DNA of 64,000 nt from Octopus sinensis (GCF_006345805.1 NC_042999.1:70866001-70930000); one strand, 5' to 3'; positions 1-12,636 are shown, numbered from the stretch's first letter. Made by a program: numbers and translations. Notes: generated by a model from the letters alone, not told the origin.

Positions 1-453
1 GAAGATGCCATAGACATATGTCGTGAAATTATACACAGATGATATTTTTCAGAATCGCAAGATCTGACAATTTCATTCTTTCAAGAGACAATCCACTTAT
101 TCTCTTATCAAAGTGTCTTTATATTAATACGCATCAATTGTTTTGTAACGTCGAGATCCTTGTACTGCGAAATGAAACTATTTGCCGCTAAATTTCTGTG
201 AAATGGCCTGGAAAGTCTATCAAAATAACTCTACGAAAGATAACTAATACATCCTACGCGTAGTGCAAGTGAAAACAAATTTCATTTGAGTTGTAGGAAA
301 CAACTAGTTTCTCCCATATACACCATAGAAAACAATGAAATAGATGAAATTATTCAGACCTGGGGCAAAGCGTGAGAGATACATACATACACAGCTAACA
401 ACATGCACTTTTGCAATGTAATCAGTATCCGTCGACGTAGAAAATCGTCTAGA

Positions 454-612
454 TCGTTTGTCTTTACGTTCTGAGTTCAAATTCCGCCGCGGTCGACTTT
501 GCCTTTCATCCTTTCGGGGTCGATAAATTAAGTACCAGTTGCGTACTGGGGTCGATCTAATCGACTGGCCTCCTCCCCCAAAATTTCGGGCCTTGTGCCT
601 AGAGTAGAAAAA
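454..612 (+). mobile_element. tRNA-derived SINE, family 'SINE-2' (head GGCGGCGAGCTGGCAGAATCGTTAGC), 5'-truncated copy
   Basis: TTCTGAGTTCAAATTCCGCC..GTCGACTTTGCCTTTCATCCTTTCGGGGTCGAT..AAGTACCAG..GGCCTTGTGCCTAGAGTAGAAA; the same sequence recurs many times in the window and has a B-box-like GAGTTCAAAT. Confidence 0.8.
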
Positions 613-1009
613 ATAGAAAAAGAAAGTCGGTCAGATTTGGGGTCATCTTCGGTGCATATTCTTCCCGATTTGAAATGCTTGCATTGCTCGCAATATTGCG
701 TACGGCCTACACATAGCTCCATAGCTCTCTTGCAATTTCAGAACAGTCCGTGAAAGTTTTGCCTGATTTAAAACAGAATTTCACACAAATAAATAGCCAA
801 GTACACTAAGTATATGTTTGCTCTAACATTTGTAGTTCGATACACGTATATGTTGTGTATAAGCAATCTTGAATGAAAGTCAAAATTGCTTATACATAAC
901 ATATGACACTGCAATCGCGGGCATGCTGCGCCAGCTAGTTGGCGCGATATCTTGAAAGATTTTTCTTTTTGGACAGATCCCATATTTGTGTATGTATGTA
1001 CACACACTC

Positions 1010-1281
1010 GGTACTATTGAAGAAGAGTGGTCCCGGTGGGCGCACTCGCGTACTCGCGCATCCGCGCTAGCTAGTCGTGACTAGTCGATCCTACAACGAC
1101 TACCTAGCAAAGTAAATAAAACACAAAATAAATAATTTTGTTTACACAAAATAAATAATTTTTTAAACAAAGTAAATAAAGCACAAAAACACAAAATAAG
1201 GATCGACTAGTCACGACTAGCTAGCGCGGATGCGCAAGTACGCGAGTGCGCGCACCGAGACCACTCTTCTTAAATAGTACC
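1010..1281. mobile_element. MITE with 83-bp TIRs and putative 3-bp CTC TSD
   Basis: 1010-1092 is the reverse complement of 1199-1281 (4 mismatches); termini GGTACTATT/AATAGTACC; CTC on both sides (1007-1009, 1282-1284); A-rich spacer. Confidence 0.75.
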
Positions 1282-1807
1282 CTCACCCTCATACACACAC
1301 ACACACACACACGCTCACACACACACACACACACACGCCCACACATACATACATACACATACAGACAGACATACACGTACATATGAAGAAAATGACTGGG
1401 TGGTAAATCTGTTTTGGAAATCTGTATCAAAACGTTTCTGTCATATTTAATTTTTTTTTCTTATCTTCATTCTTTTTATCTGTAATGTCGGTTTATGTCA
1501 ACATATAAGTCTTCCCTTTTTTTTATTTTTATCTTCGTTCCTCCTCTCATTCTGTTTGTTTACGATCCCATTGCAATTCTAGGAAGTAGATTTGAAGATT
1601 ATCTTACTCCGATCGTAAATGACACCAGAAAGAGCATAAAACCTGTGCGCACACACACACTTTCGAAGAAAAAAAACAAGCAAAAAACCCCCAAGAATAA
1701 CGTAGATGAAAACACACTCCCCCCCCCAAAAGAAAACCCCAGAAAAAAAACTATGCTTTTCTGTACATGTCTTTGTCCAACCTTATCTTATTTCCTCTTT
1801 CCCACCT

Positions 1808-1920
1808 CTGTCTGTCTGTCTGTCTGTCTGTCAGTCTGTCTGTCTCTCTGTCAGTCTGTCTGTCTGTCTGTCTGTCAGTCTGTCTGTCTGTCTGTCTGCC
1901 TGCCTGTCTGTCTGTCTCTG
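1808..1920. repeat. (GTCT)n microsatellite
   Basis: direct reading. Confidence 0.95.
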
Positions 1921-2311
1921 TCCTCTCTTCTTCGTCCTTGCCCTTTCTTTCCTTCCATCTTGATACTGTGCATTATAATAAGGTTTAAGTTATCGCTTTG
2001 GCCATTTCCATTAATGACCAGGAGAAAGGTAAAAGACAAAAACAAAAACAAAACGAAAACAAAGAAAATTAAAAAAAGAAAAGGAAAAAGTTCGTGCGCG
2101 CGTGTATGTAGGATGGTAATGATGGTCGTGGTGTGTGAAGTGGTTTGTTCAATCCAGTCCAAGTGGAAAGCTGTTCCAAATGACTGTTGCATGCCTTAGT
2201 CAACATGTTCCAAGAGTGATTTCCATGTAAATGCTTGTCTACTTTTAAGTTTATTGATTGAGGGTAAGTAACAATCAGTTATGGCGAGATATTGGACAAC
2301 AATCAAGATGA

Positions 2312-2361
<50 letters not shown>

Positions 2362-2394
2362 CTGAGAGAGAGGGAGAGGTTGAGAGAGAGAGAG

Positions 2395-2572
2395 ATATGT
2401 ATATTGATAGAAGGAAAAAGGAAATTTGGCATGATAGGAGATAGAACAGAGAAATAGACAGACTGATAAATAGATTAAGAGAGAGTGAGGGAGAGAGAGA
2501 GAGGGAGGAAGAGAAAGATGGAGAGAGAGAAAGGGAGGGAGGAAGAGAAAGATAGATAGCTAGCTAGCTAGC

Positions 2573-2620
<48 letters not shown>

Positions 2621-3279
2621 TATATATTGATAGAAGGAAAAAGGGAAAGCTGGAATGATAAAAGGAGATAGAAGTATAGAGAAATAGACAGACTGATAGA
2701 TTAAGAGAGAGTGAGGGAGAAAGAGAGAGGGAGGAAGAGAATGATGGAGAGAGAGAAAGGGATGGAGGAAGAGAAAGATAGATAAAGAGAGAGAGAGGGA
2801 GGAAGAGAAAGATAGACAGATAGATAGATAGAGAGAGGGAGTGAGAGAAAGAGAGGCGTGTATATTGATAGAAGGAAAACAGGAAAGCTGGAATGATAGA
2901 AGGAGATAGAACAGAAATAGACAGACTGATAGATAGATTAAGAGAGAGAGTGAGGGAGAAAGAGAGAGGGAGGAAGAGAAAGATGGAGAGAGAGAAAGGG
3001 AGGGAAGAAGAGAAAGATGAGAAAGATAGATAGATAGAGGGAGGGAAGAAGAGATAGAGAGAGAGAGAGAAAGAGAGGCGTGTATATTGATAGAAGGAAA
3101 AAAGGAAAGCTGGAATGATAGGAGATAGAACAGAGAAAAAGACAGACTGATAGATAGATTAAGAGAGAGGGAGAGTGAGAGAAAGAGAGAGGGAGGAAGA
3201 GAAAGATCGAGGGAGAGAGAGAAAGGGAGGGAGGAAGAGAAAGATAGATAGATAGAGAGGGAGGGAGGAAGAGAAAGAT

Positions 3280-3315
<36 letters not shown>
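2395..3315. repeat. GA-rich higher-order tandem repeat, about 4 units of 220-240 bp
   Basis: anchor TATTGATAGAAGGAAAA..GAATGATA..GAGATAGAA recurs near 2401, 2624, 2862 and 3084. Confidence 0.8.
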
Positions 3316-3322
<7 letters not shown>

Positions 3323-3947
3323 AAAGGAAGTGCGAGAGAGGAAATTATGGTTCGATATTCGTTGAAACAGTAGTTACGGTCAAAAAAGCAAATGGATAAG
3401 CAGTTTGAGAAAAACAGTAACTGCATGCAGTTGCTTAGCACCGGTTAGCTTTGATCAACCATTCATCTCGTTTTTCTTTTCTTTTCAAAAACCGTGTATT
3501 CAATGTATCCTCCCGCTTTTTTTTTTTAAAGATGGGAGAGTGTGATTTGAAGGAGAATTGTTTCTTAATTCTAGCACATCAAACGATCACGAAGAGCAGG
3601 AGTGAAAACATTTTGCTCACGGCAATGATTAGTCCGATTGTCAGCTCAATTATATATATATATATATATATAATCAAAATAAGCAACAAGGATATCCAGA
3701 GGTAATGATAGTACGATCGTTTCATGCGACTCCATTTAATTGAACAATGAAAATATTACATCAGTTTTAAAATGTAGAGCAATCTTCAGCTGCATAAAAA
3801 TGTAGAATTTAATTAAATTCAAAGGATTCATTTGTATAGTTATTCTATTAACCAAAATCACAAAGAGGATAAGTAGATAGGACATGTTTCATCAACAATA
3901 TCATAGTAGTAACTGATATTTTTTCACAGGAAGATACTTATTTTTAT

Positions 3948-4003
3948 TCTATTGGTAAACACACCAACACCAGTTGTCAAGCAGTGATGGGGTGGGGGAA
4001 GAT

Positions 4004-4042
<39 letters not shown>

Positions 4043-4208
4043 TATATGAATATATGACGGACTTCTTTCAGTTTCCGTCTACCAAATCCACTCACAAGAC
4101 TTTGATAGGTTCGAGTATATAGTAGAAGACACTTGCCCAAGGAGCCATGCAATGGCACCGAACCCGGAACCATGTGGAAAGCAAGCAAGGTTCTTACCAC
4201 ACAGCCAA
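3948..4208 (-). mobile_element. tRNA-derived SINE-1 (head GTGGCTGTGTGGTAAG..), 3'-partial, empty Tx1 site
   Basis: CTTCTTTCAGTTTCCGTCTACCAAATCC..AAGACACTTGCCCAAGG..GAACCCGGAACCATGTGG..TTCTTACCACACAGCC. Confidence 0.85.
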
Positions 4209-4982
4209 GCCGGATGGTTTTTCCTATACATCTTTTCACATAAATTTTGCTAGCATCTCACTTTCTTCCCTATCTTTAATGTTTGTACAGTTGTTATAAT
4301 GCATATTGATTCATTCATCCCTATATTGCTTAGGCCTAGATTACAAACGAGGTTTTTCGTTTCCAAAATAATTGCTCAAATCTGATCCCCAAGATTTAGC
4401 TTATTCTTGGTTCTAGCTTGCGAAATCTAGTTTATGCTTCAAAATGGTCCGAAAAGCTAAACAAATTTGACATTCTTGTTGTAAGAGGCTCTCTCGTTGG
4501 CGATATTATTGTGTGGCGGTGGTAGCGGCATTAGTAATAATCTTAGTTATCGTTGTTGTGGGTACATAATTTACTTATTTTTCCACCCCAGTTCAAGCTG
4601 TTTTTTTTTGGTTACTTAAGGTATTCGCATTATGGCGAATAGTTAAAAAGTTCAATTCTCAATCACAAAGTCCCTATGAATATGACCCTTCACTCGAGCC
4701 ATGACTCATGCTCTTACCCACGCTTCAACAAATATACCAAGCGGCATCGCCGTCCTCTTGGTCCTTCTATTTCTCACCGAGTAGAAAATGGTAAGGTCTC
4801 GGTCGAAGAGGAAAGTGTCTGTTCCCTGTCCTTTCGTTCGTGTCCACCGCATTATCTCTATTGTCATAACTACTAGGTAGAGAAAAACTGTCCGTTCTTC
4901 ATGGTCATAGGAAAGCGGCAGGGAAATAATGACAAGGACGACGACGACGACGACGACGACGACGATGATGATGATGATGAAT

Positions 4983-5537
4983 GCCCCGATGCAGTACCAG
5001 GCAGTGGCTCTCGTGGCTTCTGATCTTAACTGATTGGAAGTGTTATCATGTACATTGTTTTGTGTTGGTATAAAAGATTGGCTACAGCAAATATTCTGCT
5101 CAATACCACTGATTTGCTTGTCAGTTGTTTAACCTTAACCAGTTGAGCATGCCCCTTAGTGGCTGACGATATGTGCATCTCTGATCACGAGCAGAAGTAG
5201 TGGGGGAGTATCATAGCCATGTGTTGAGAGGGATTCTTTGGGGTGTGAATAATTTACCTCTGGAAACATGGGTGTTTCGTTCAATATCCTTAAACAACTC
5301 TTATTCAGGGACCTTTTGAGCGGGATGGGTTACTCGACCATAAGAAAATTCTAACTAGGCCCCACCTGCAAGGTCATGCGCTGTATATCTTGATATGAGA
5401 TCACCATGTCGCGCACATATGGTTGTGATGCATGTGCCTAGTGTACCCTTATCAGACGGGTAGTCATGATGGGTATACTGAGCTTCGTATATTTTACCCC
5501 AGTGTCACTTTGATGGCATGCACTGCTCTCTCACTCA
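4983..5537. mobile_element. unclassified interspersed repeat between (GAT)n and (AAT)n tracts
   Basis: ~555-bp GC-richer block bounded by microsatellites; resembles a high-copy octopus repeat from memory only; single copy in this window. Confidence 0.35.
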
Positions 5538-5552
5538 ATAATAATAATAATA

Positions 5553-5768
5553 ACAGGAAGAATTTGGAGCATGCGAACAGTAAAGGTTGTGCCTGTAATA
5601 ATTGGTGCGTTGGGAACAGTAAGCCAAAATATAGACAAATGAAGGAGATTGAAACAGGATGCCCGGTTGAGCGCCCACTGAAAGTTTGTCTCTTAGAGAC
5701 AGCAAGGATTATCAGGAGGATTCTAAGCACTTGAAAGACTGGAATAAGACCGAACCTGAGCCAAACCA
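5553..5768 (+). mobile_element. 3' fragment of an RLE-type (R4/Dong-like) non-LTR retrotransposon embedded in (AAT)n
   Basis: translates (with frameshift) GRIWSMRTVKVVPVIIGALGTVSQNIDK/KEIETGCPVERPLKVCLLETARIIRRILST, the typical C-terminus of a restriction-like endonuclease domain; (AAT)n on both sides. Confidence 0.7.
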
Positions 5769-5857
5769 AAATAATAATGATAATAATAATAATAATAATA
5801 ACGATAATAATAATAATAACGATAATAATAATAATAATGATAATAATAATAATAATG

Positions 5858-5894
<37 letters not shown>

Positions 5895-5950
5895 ATAATA
5901 ATAATAATAATCATAATAATAATAATCATAATAATAATAATCATAATAAT
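5769..5950. repeat. (AAT)n compound microsatellite
   Basis: direct reading. Confidence 0.95.
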
Positions 5951-5954
5951 AGTT

Positions 5955-6365
5955 TCAAATTTTGCTGTAAGGCCTGAGATTTTTGGAGAAGGAGCTATTC
6001 GATCACATCGATCCCAGTGCTCAGCTGGTACTTAATTTTATCGACCCCAAAAAGATGAAAGGCAAGGTCGACCTCGGTGGAATTTGAACTCAACGAACGT
6101 AAAAATGGAAAAAAGAAATACCGCTAAACGATTTTACCTGCCCGCTGCCTTAATGATGATGATGATGATAATCCTTTCTACTATAGGCACAAGGCCTGGA
6201 ATTTTGGGGGAGGGGACTAGTCGATTACACTGACCCTAGTGTTTCGTTGGTACTTAATTTATCGACCCCGAAAGGATGAAAGGCAAAGTCGACCTCGGCG
6301 TAATTTGAACTCAGAACGTAAACATAGACAGAAGAAATGCTGCTAAACGATTTTACTCTACCGCA
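5955..6365 (-). mobile_element. two tandem SINE-2 copies (about 5955-6150 and 6175-6365)
   Basis: each has GGCC..AATTT..GG..GTCGATTACA..GGTACTTAATTT.ATCGACCCC.AAAGATGAAAGGCAA.GTCGACCTCGG..AATTTGAACTC. Confidence 0.85.
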
Positions 6366-6375
6366 GCCTTAATAA

Positions 6376-6406
<31 letters not shown>

Positions 6407-6431
6407 TAATATAATAATGATAATAATAATA

Positions 6432-6474
<43 letters not shown>

Positions 6475-7191
6475 CTGACCAATGGAAAGAACTGCAGTTT
6501 TAAAACTTTCCATCGATCTGATTTCAGTCCTTCCTAGAGTATTATCTGTTATTCCAGAATAATTTACAATGATGGAGAAATTTTAAGTTTTCTTTTGAGT
6601 TGGGTAGGTATGTCCCAATGAACTGAAGAAGTCTACTAAAGGGAGATTATCTGAGAATATTGATTGCTACAATGCATACTCATAAAAGTTGTATTTTCTG
6701 GCTTCATTTAGATATTTATATATAGGTTGACTTTCACTTTCAGTTTATCACTCAGTAATCTGTTATTATCTATTAGATAAATTCTCAAGTCTTAGCCTAC
6801 GGCAGCCTCTTATCTACTAACTATATTATATAGTAAAACTTGTTTCATCTGGTAAGACTCACATTAAATGCGCTGCAAAAGGCAAAATTAAAAAAAGGAT
6901 ATATAAAAAAAAAAAAAAAAGACTTAGCAGCCATTGTTGTAAAGAAATTTATCGTAGCAGTTTTGGGTTCTTTACCGCTTTGCAACGCCCTGGGTAAGTA
7001 TATTCTGCCACAGAATATCGAAGGTTGATCAATGTCATGCGAGTGGATTTTGTTGAAGGTAATCGTGTCGTGTCGAAGACTGTCGTGTGTGCGTGCGCAC
7101 GTGTATAAATGTATGTGTATGTATATATGTATGTGTTTATGAGTGTGCATGTATGAGTATATGCGCGCATGTGTGTGTGTTGTGTGCATGA

Positions 7192-7222
<31 letters not shown>

Positions 7223-7373
7223 AGTATATGCGTGCGTGTTTGTGTCTAACCGCTTGGCAATCTATGTTATAACCTCGTAACTTAACAATTAGGCAAAAAC
7301 GAATCCGTTAGAAGTAACAGAATTAAAAAATTAATGCTGTTTGTTCCAGCATCTTATTAAATATATATGTATG

Positions 7374-7374
<1 letters not shown>

Positions 7375-7457
<83 letters not shown>
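7375..7457. repeat. (CTAT)n microsatellite
   Basis: direct reading. Confidence 0.95.
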
Positions 7458-7609
7458 ACTCGTTTGTAGAAGTACATAAATCCGGAAGAGAAGCACACTC
7501 TAAGATGTAGAGAAGTTAATATCATAGTGGGGTAGGTCGGTTTATGTGGGTTTCCCTGGGTTTCTCCCCATAAGGGGTTTAGCATTACGGCGTATCTTCA
7601 GACCCCAAC

Positions 7610-7664
<55 letters not shown>

Positions 7665-8341
7665 CTAGCTTAAGGTGACCCGCTCTACGCGCGGGTGAGG
7701 GTGTGGTTGTTACTTTCTGTTTCTTATCGCCACATTCTCCCTCTTCCTTTCTCTCGGACTCTCCCTCGCTTTCTCTTACGCGTGCACGTAAAATCACAAA
7801 AATTATTCAAAATTACTTATAATTTTGTGAAATTTGATACTTTTTTCTGATATATTTTCACGGTTCATGATACAAATGAAAGCTAAAATTTTGGCCTTTA
7901 ACACAATGCCATTTTTATCCATGTCAGCCAAATAATGCAAACAGAAAAAATTAAATCTAAAAATAGGGCAAAAATGTACTCGTTGAAAATTTGAAAATTT
8001 TTACCTCCTATTCCGAAATCCCCCAAATTTTTACACCCACAATTAAAGGTAACCGCCTCTAGCCCCTGCAGCCACACGAAAAGCCACCATTATTCAAACA
8101 GTGCAACCTGTCTATCCCATAAAAGCCAATTTTTCTCATATTCCTCACCATGGCAACCAAACGGTAGCCCCGAGCGACTTGCAGCCCTCCTCACACCACT
8201 GCCCACCCCATTTTACACCTAGTGTAAATTTTGGCGCCAATCCAATCCCATCTACCGCCCCTTAAACCGTTCCCACCCCAAAATGAAACAAATAACCAAG
8301 AAATCAAACAACTTTTTCGCATTTCAGCTTTATAGATATTG

Positions 8342-8342
<1 letters not shown>
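7665..8342 (-). mobile_element. non-autonomous Helitron (678 bp)
   Basis: minus strand begins A|TC (8342) and ends CTAG|T (7665); GC-rich hairpin ACCCGC-gcgtaga-GCGGGT about 10 nt before the CTAG; inserted in a TA-rich tract. Confidence 0.7.
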
Positions 8343-8374
<32 letters not shown>

Positions 8375-8375
8375 G

Positions 8376-8594
8376 AATTAAGGACTGAACACGAAAAGTG
8401 GACAGTCAACATGCTAGATATAGACGTCAAATCGCCATTCACCACAAAAGATTATGTTCTCAGATCAAACTCAGCACAAAACAACTGTTTTTGTGCTGAG
8501 TTTGATCTGAGAACATAATCTTTTGTGGTGAATGGCGATTTGACGTCTATATCTAGCATGTTGACTGTCCACTTTTCGTGTTCAGTCCTTAATT
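8376..8594. repeat. perfect 106-bp-arm palindrome (foldback/MITE-like) between (TA)n tracts
   Basis: 8376-8481 is the exact reverse complement of 8489-8594; 7-nt loop. Confidence 0.9.
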
Positions 8595-8624
<30 letters not shown>

Positions 8625-8625
<1 letters not shown>

Positions 8626-9017
8626 TCTTTTTACTCTGTTACTCTTTTACTTGTTTCAGTCATTTGACTGCGGCCATGCTGGAGCACCGCCTTTTAGTCG
8701 AGCAAATCGACCCCAGGACTTATTCTTTGTAAGCCCAGTACTTATTCTATTAGTCTCTTTTGCTGAACCGCTAAGTTACGGGGACGTAAACACACCAGCA
8801 TCGGTTGTCAAGCAATGGTGGGGGGACAAACACAGACACGCAAACATATACACACATACATATACATACATATATACGACGGGCTTCTTCCAGTTTCCGT
8901 CTACCAAATCCACTCACAAGGCATTGGTCGGCCCGAGGCTATAGTAGAAGACACTTGCCCAAGGTGCCACGCAGTGGGAATGAACCCGGAACCATGTGGT
9001 TGGTTAGCAAGCTACTT
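8625..9017 (-). mobile_element. SINE-1 body, split by Tx1 insertions; its 5' head continues at 15956-15977
   Basis: matches the intact copy at 40298-40713 up to ..GCAAGCTACTT, and the expected ACCACACAGCCACTCCT reappears only at 15956. Confidence 0.92.
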
Positions 9018-9249
9018 TATTTCATATAATTTGCCATTTAGGCATTTACAAAGAGGGGACAAACAAGGACAGACAAATATAAAGAGTGAAGTAGCTTAAC
9101 ACAGTTAAAATTTTCGAATGAAATTACGGATAAGATTATAAACAATGAATTTTACGAAGACAATGTTTAAAAATATTACTTAATGATCATGTCGAAGGAC
9201 GGACACCCAGCCATCCGGGTAGAACCTTTACTTTTTGATCCGGTCACAC

Positions 9250-12200
9250 TTACCTGGTGCCAAACATACCCAGCTTGCATGCCACAGGCTTCCATCTTTT
9301 CACAAACATATCTCGTGACAGACACCTCTTCTCCAGCCTGATTTAGCTACTGAGGTGGTAACTAAAAAGGTTAATCAACCCCTGGCCGGAGACAAAGGTG
9401 CCTGTCACTATACCTTTCGTACGCGTCTCCCATACTGTTTCTTTCAGTATGGCTACTACACAGAAAAAACAAGCCTTTCTTTCCCTGTTAAGGAAAGGAG
9501 GCGGCACAATCTCGATGATAGACTCAGCTGATAGCTGTACTCTTCCCATCACTGACAACAGTTGTTCGGCAAAAGCTATCAGTCCCGATAACTCCGGACA
9601 CTTCACGAATGCGTGCAAGACGGTTTCCCTATCCTGCTCACATCGCGGGCATGTCGGCGAGATGGCACTTCCGTGCCTTGACAGCTTGTCGCGAACAGGT
9701 AAAGCCGCACAGAAACACTGCCAGGTAATTATCCAGATACCTCGGCCCGAAATCCTCCGGAACAGGTTGGCCAACTGATTTTCATCGTAGCCCAGGGTCT
9801 CCCCCAAGGCGTCTTCGGACTTAACCTCCACTAACCCGCTATAGAAATCCGTGGTGGAACTCCTGTTGCCGGCGTTGCCCACCCGAGAGAGTAGCTGGAG
9901 CGCCTGACGGCACTCCAAATGCCATTCACCCAGTTTAGGTCTCCGCTTGATCCATGCACCAATGTCCGTTAGGGATGTTAACTGGGGAAGGTAGAACCGG
10001 ACGTGCGGTGACCACACCTGCTCTCCATCCAGGTAAAGCCAGAGGTGCCTCAACCTGAACGCGAGTTTTCGCATCCTCAGCCAAGGCATCCCTAGCCCAC
10101 CCTTTAGCGGTTTCTGGCAGCAGACAGAGCGCTTTACAAGTGGTTTTCCTCCTTTCCACAAAAAGCGGAAAAGGATTCTCTCCAACTTGTTCATCCACAA
10201 ATCGGGGCAAAGCACCACGGTCAGACGGTGGGTGATTACTGATGCTATAAACATCTGCACCACCTCCGCCTTCCCTAGCAGGGATAACGCCCGCCCAGAC
10301 CAGGTCTGGGTTAGAGCGGTCACCTTGCTGGCCACCTCACTCCAATTTTTCTCAATCTGGAGGTCTGGCCCGAACCAGACTCCGAGCAGCTTAACAGGAC
10401 CTTCCGTCCAACGCCCTACGACGTTATTGGACGGCATCGGCTTGCCCCTCCAGGTGCCGAGTTGCAAACCGACCGACTTGTCCTTGTTAACCTTTGCTCC
10501 TGCCACCGCCTCGTAGCTTTTGATGGCCTCTTCCACCACTGGAAGCTGGCCTTCGTCTGCCACGGTGATGGAGGTGTCATCCGCATACGCCGTAGCTCAT
10601 CTTCCACACCATAGATCATGCGGCGCTCCCCCTAGTCCCTCCAACTTCCGCAGCAAAGGCTCAAGACCCAATACGTATAGGAGCGAGGACAGGGGACACC
10701 CCTGACGAACTGAACGCTCGATCCTGAACGGCTTCGAAAAGAAACCGTTCACCTTGACTACAGACTCGATGTCGCTATACAAAGCAGCGATCCAACCTCG
10801 AAAGGTCGGGCCTAGGCCAGCCTCTCCGAGGACCGCCGCCAAGTACCGATGGTCGACCCTATGAAATGCTTTGGACTGGTCTAAATGTACCAGTGCTCCC
10901 CCTGCGCCAGAAAGCTTCCCCACCCTCTCTAAGGAGTAGCGTATAAGGTGGAGATTATCGTGGATCGTTCTGCCAGGGATAGCGCACGTTTGCGCTTCCC
11001 CGACAAGTTTGTCCACGACCCGCGCAAACCTTTTTGCTAGCACCTTGGCCAGAATCTTTAACTCTGTGTTCAACAGAGTTATGGGCCTGAAGTTCCCTAT
11101 CTCGCCCCCCTTGCTCGGGTTCTTCCTGATCAACGTCACAACACCCCGGCTCGCAGACTTGGGAATTCTCCCATTCTGCTGCCAGTTGGCGTAGACGCTA
11201 GCCATCAGGTGCCCGAACAAGTCTGGCATACTTTTATAAAATTCATAGGGCAGACCATCGAGACCCGGCGACTTCTCCCCGGGGCACTTGCCCAACACCT
11301 CGATTACTTCCTCGGCTGTGATTGGCCCTTCACAGCACTCAGCCTCTCGTATCGAGAGACGCGGGCCACCAGACAGGAAGTCCCTAAGGGCCTCACCATG
11401 ATCCAGCGTCCCGCACCTCCCGAACAACTCGGCGAAGTGCTTGTGAAGTGCCTCACACATCTCGTCTCGCTTCTTGACCGTGCATTCGTTTTCATCAACA
11501 AGAGACCCAATTGTGGCATCGTTGCCACGCTGTGTTTCTATCGTACGGGCCCATCCGGCAACATTAATTCCATCACGGCCCAATGCTCGTACTTTAACCC
11601 GAACTCTACATCCCTCATGTTTGGTTTTGAGGTGACGGTCTAATGCCGTTCTCGCCGCTAAAATGTGAGATGCAGAGCCCAACCTCAACGCCTCCTCCAA
11701 GTTCTTAACTAGTTGCCCTTCTATTCTAGCCCTATCTAGTCTTAGTTGTTTACTAAATCTAATGGACTCGAATCGAATGGCTCTTTTGAGGGCGAACAAC
11801 CACCGGTTATTAACCACGGCTCCGGTTAACGCCCTCTGCACTAACTCCTTAATCCGGCTACGGTATGCCTCGCGAGTCAAAATAGACTTGTTCAGCTTCC
11901 AGTAGCCGGTTCCTATCTTAAGTGTGCTATCTATGTCCAGTCTACACTTGACCATTCTATGGTCAGTATAGGGCACCTGGACGAGCTGTGGACAACTAAA
12001 ACTAGACTTATCTCTAGTTCTTATCACTATCCTGTCTAGATAAGACTTGAACCTTCCGTCACCACTCATCCAGGTGCACTCTGGGACGTTCGGATGGTCA
12101 AATCTGTAACGATCTGCCAGCTGAAACCGCTTAAGCAGATCCACGAGACGTGAGTTCACTTTCCTATAGATCGAGCCAACGCTATCGATGTGTACGTCAA

Positions 12201-12636
12201 CGATAGCATTAAAGTCCCCTAATATCACTAAAGTCTTCGACGTCACGAGAACGCCCTCTAGGCGCCGATAAAAATCAGTTTGGAAACCTCTAGCACAAGA
12301 TGCATAGAGTCCGATCAACCTGAAGGCCTTACTGCTGTATGTCACATCAAGGACGACCAGCCCACCTTCTGGGTCCACATAGACTGTACTTGTCTGCAGA
12401 GTCAAGTCTTTACGGATCAGTACCACTACACCCTCTCTCCCTCCGGTCTGGCCAGGAGACATGATTTTCTCGTAGCCATTCAGGAGAGGTGAGAAGGTTT
12501 GTAGGCTGTCCAGCTTGGTCTCTGTAGCAACCATCACATGTATATCATGTGATCTGAGGTCGTCGAGGAAACAAGCCTGCTTCCACTTCGAACTCAGACC
12601 ACGCACATTTAAACAACCAAGGTTAAGAGAAGCCAT
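9250..12636 (-). pseudogene. ORF2 of element A: AP endonuclease + reverse transcriptase + C-terminal Cys-rich domain, one frame with in-frame stops at 10597-10599 and 9343-9345
   Basis: APE motifs LNVRGL, VATET, ILGDFN, SYLDRI, YTDH; RT motifs KSPGLDG, FRPITLLN, DQSKAF, VRQGCPLS, then *ATAYADD in the same frame; C-terminal CPRCEQDRETVLHAFVKC; read-through of the 9343 stop gives IRLEKRCLSRDMFVKRW, matching copy C. Confidence 0.9.

Noticed and set aside
1495-3441. Long ORFs (234 aa, 167 aa) in the ORF track
   Set aside because: They are translations of (GTCT)n and GA-rich repeats with no domain signal.
5761-5950. Repeat-spacer-like periodicity suggesting a CRISPR array
   Set aside because: Only (AAT)n variants; no unique spacers, no cas genes, eukaryotic context.
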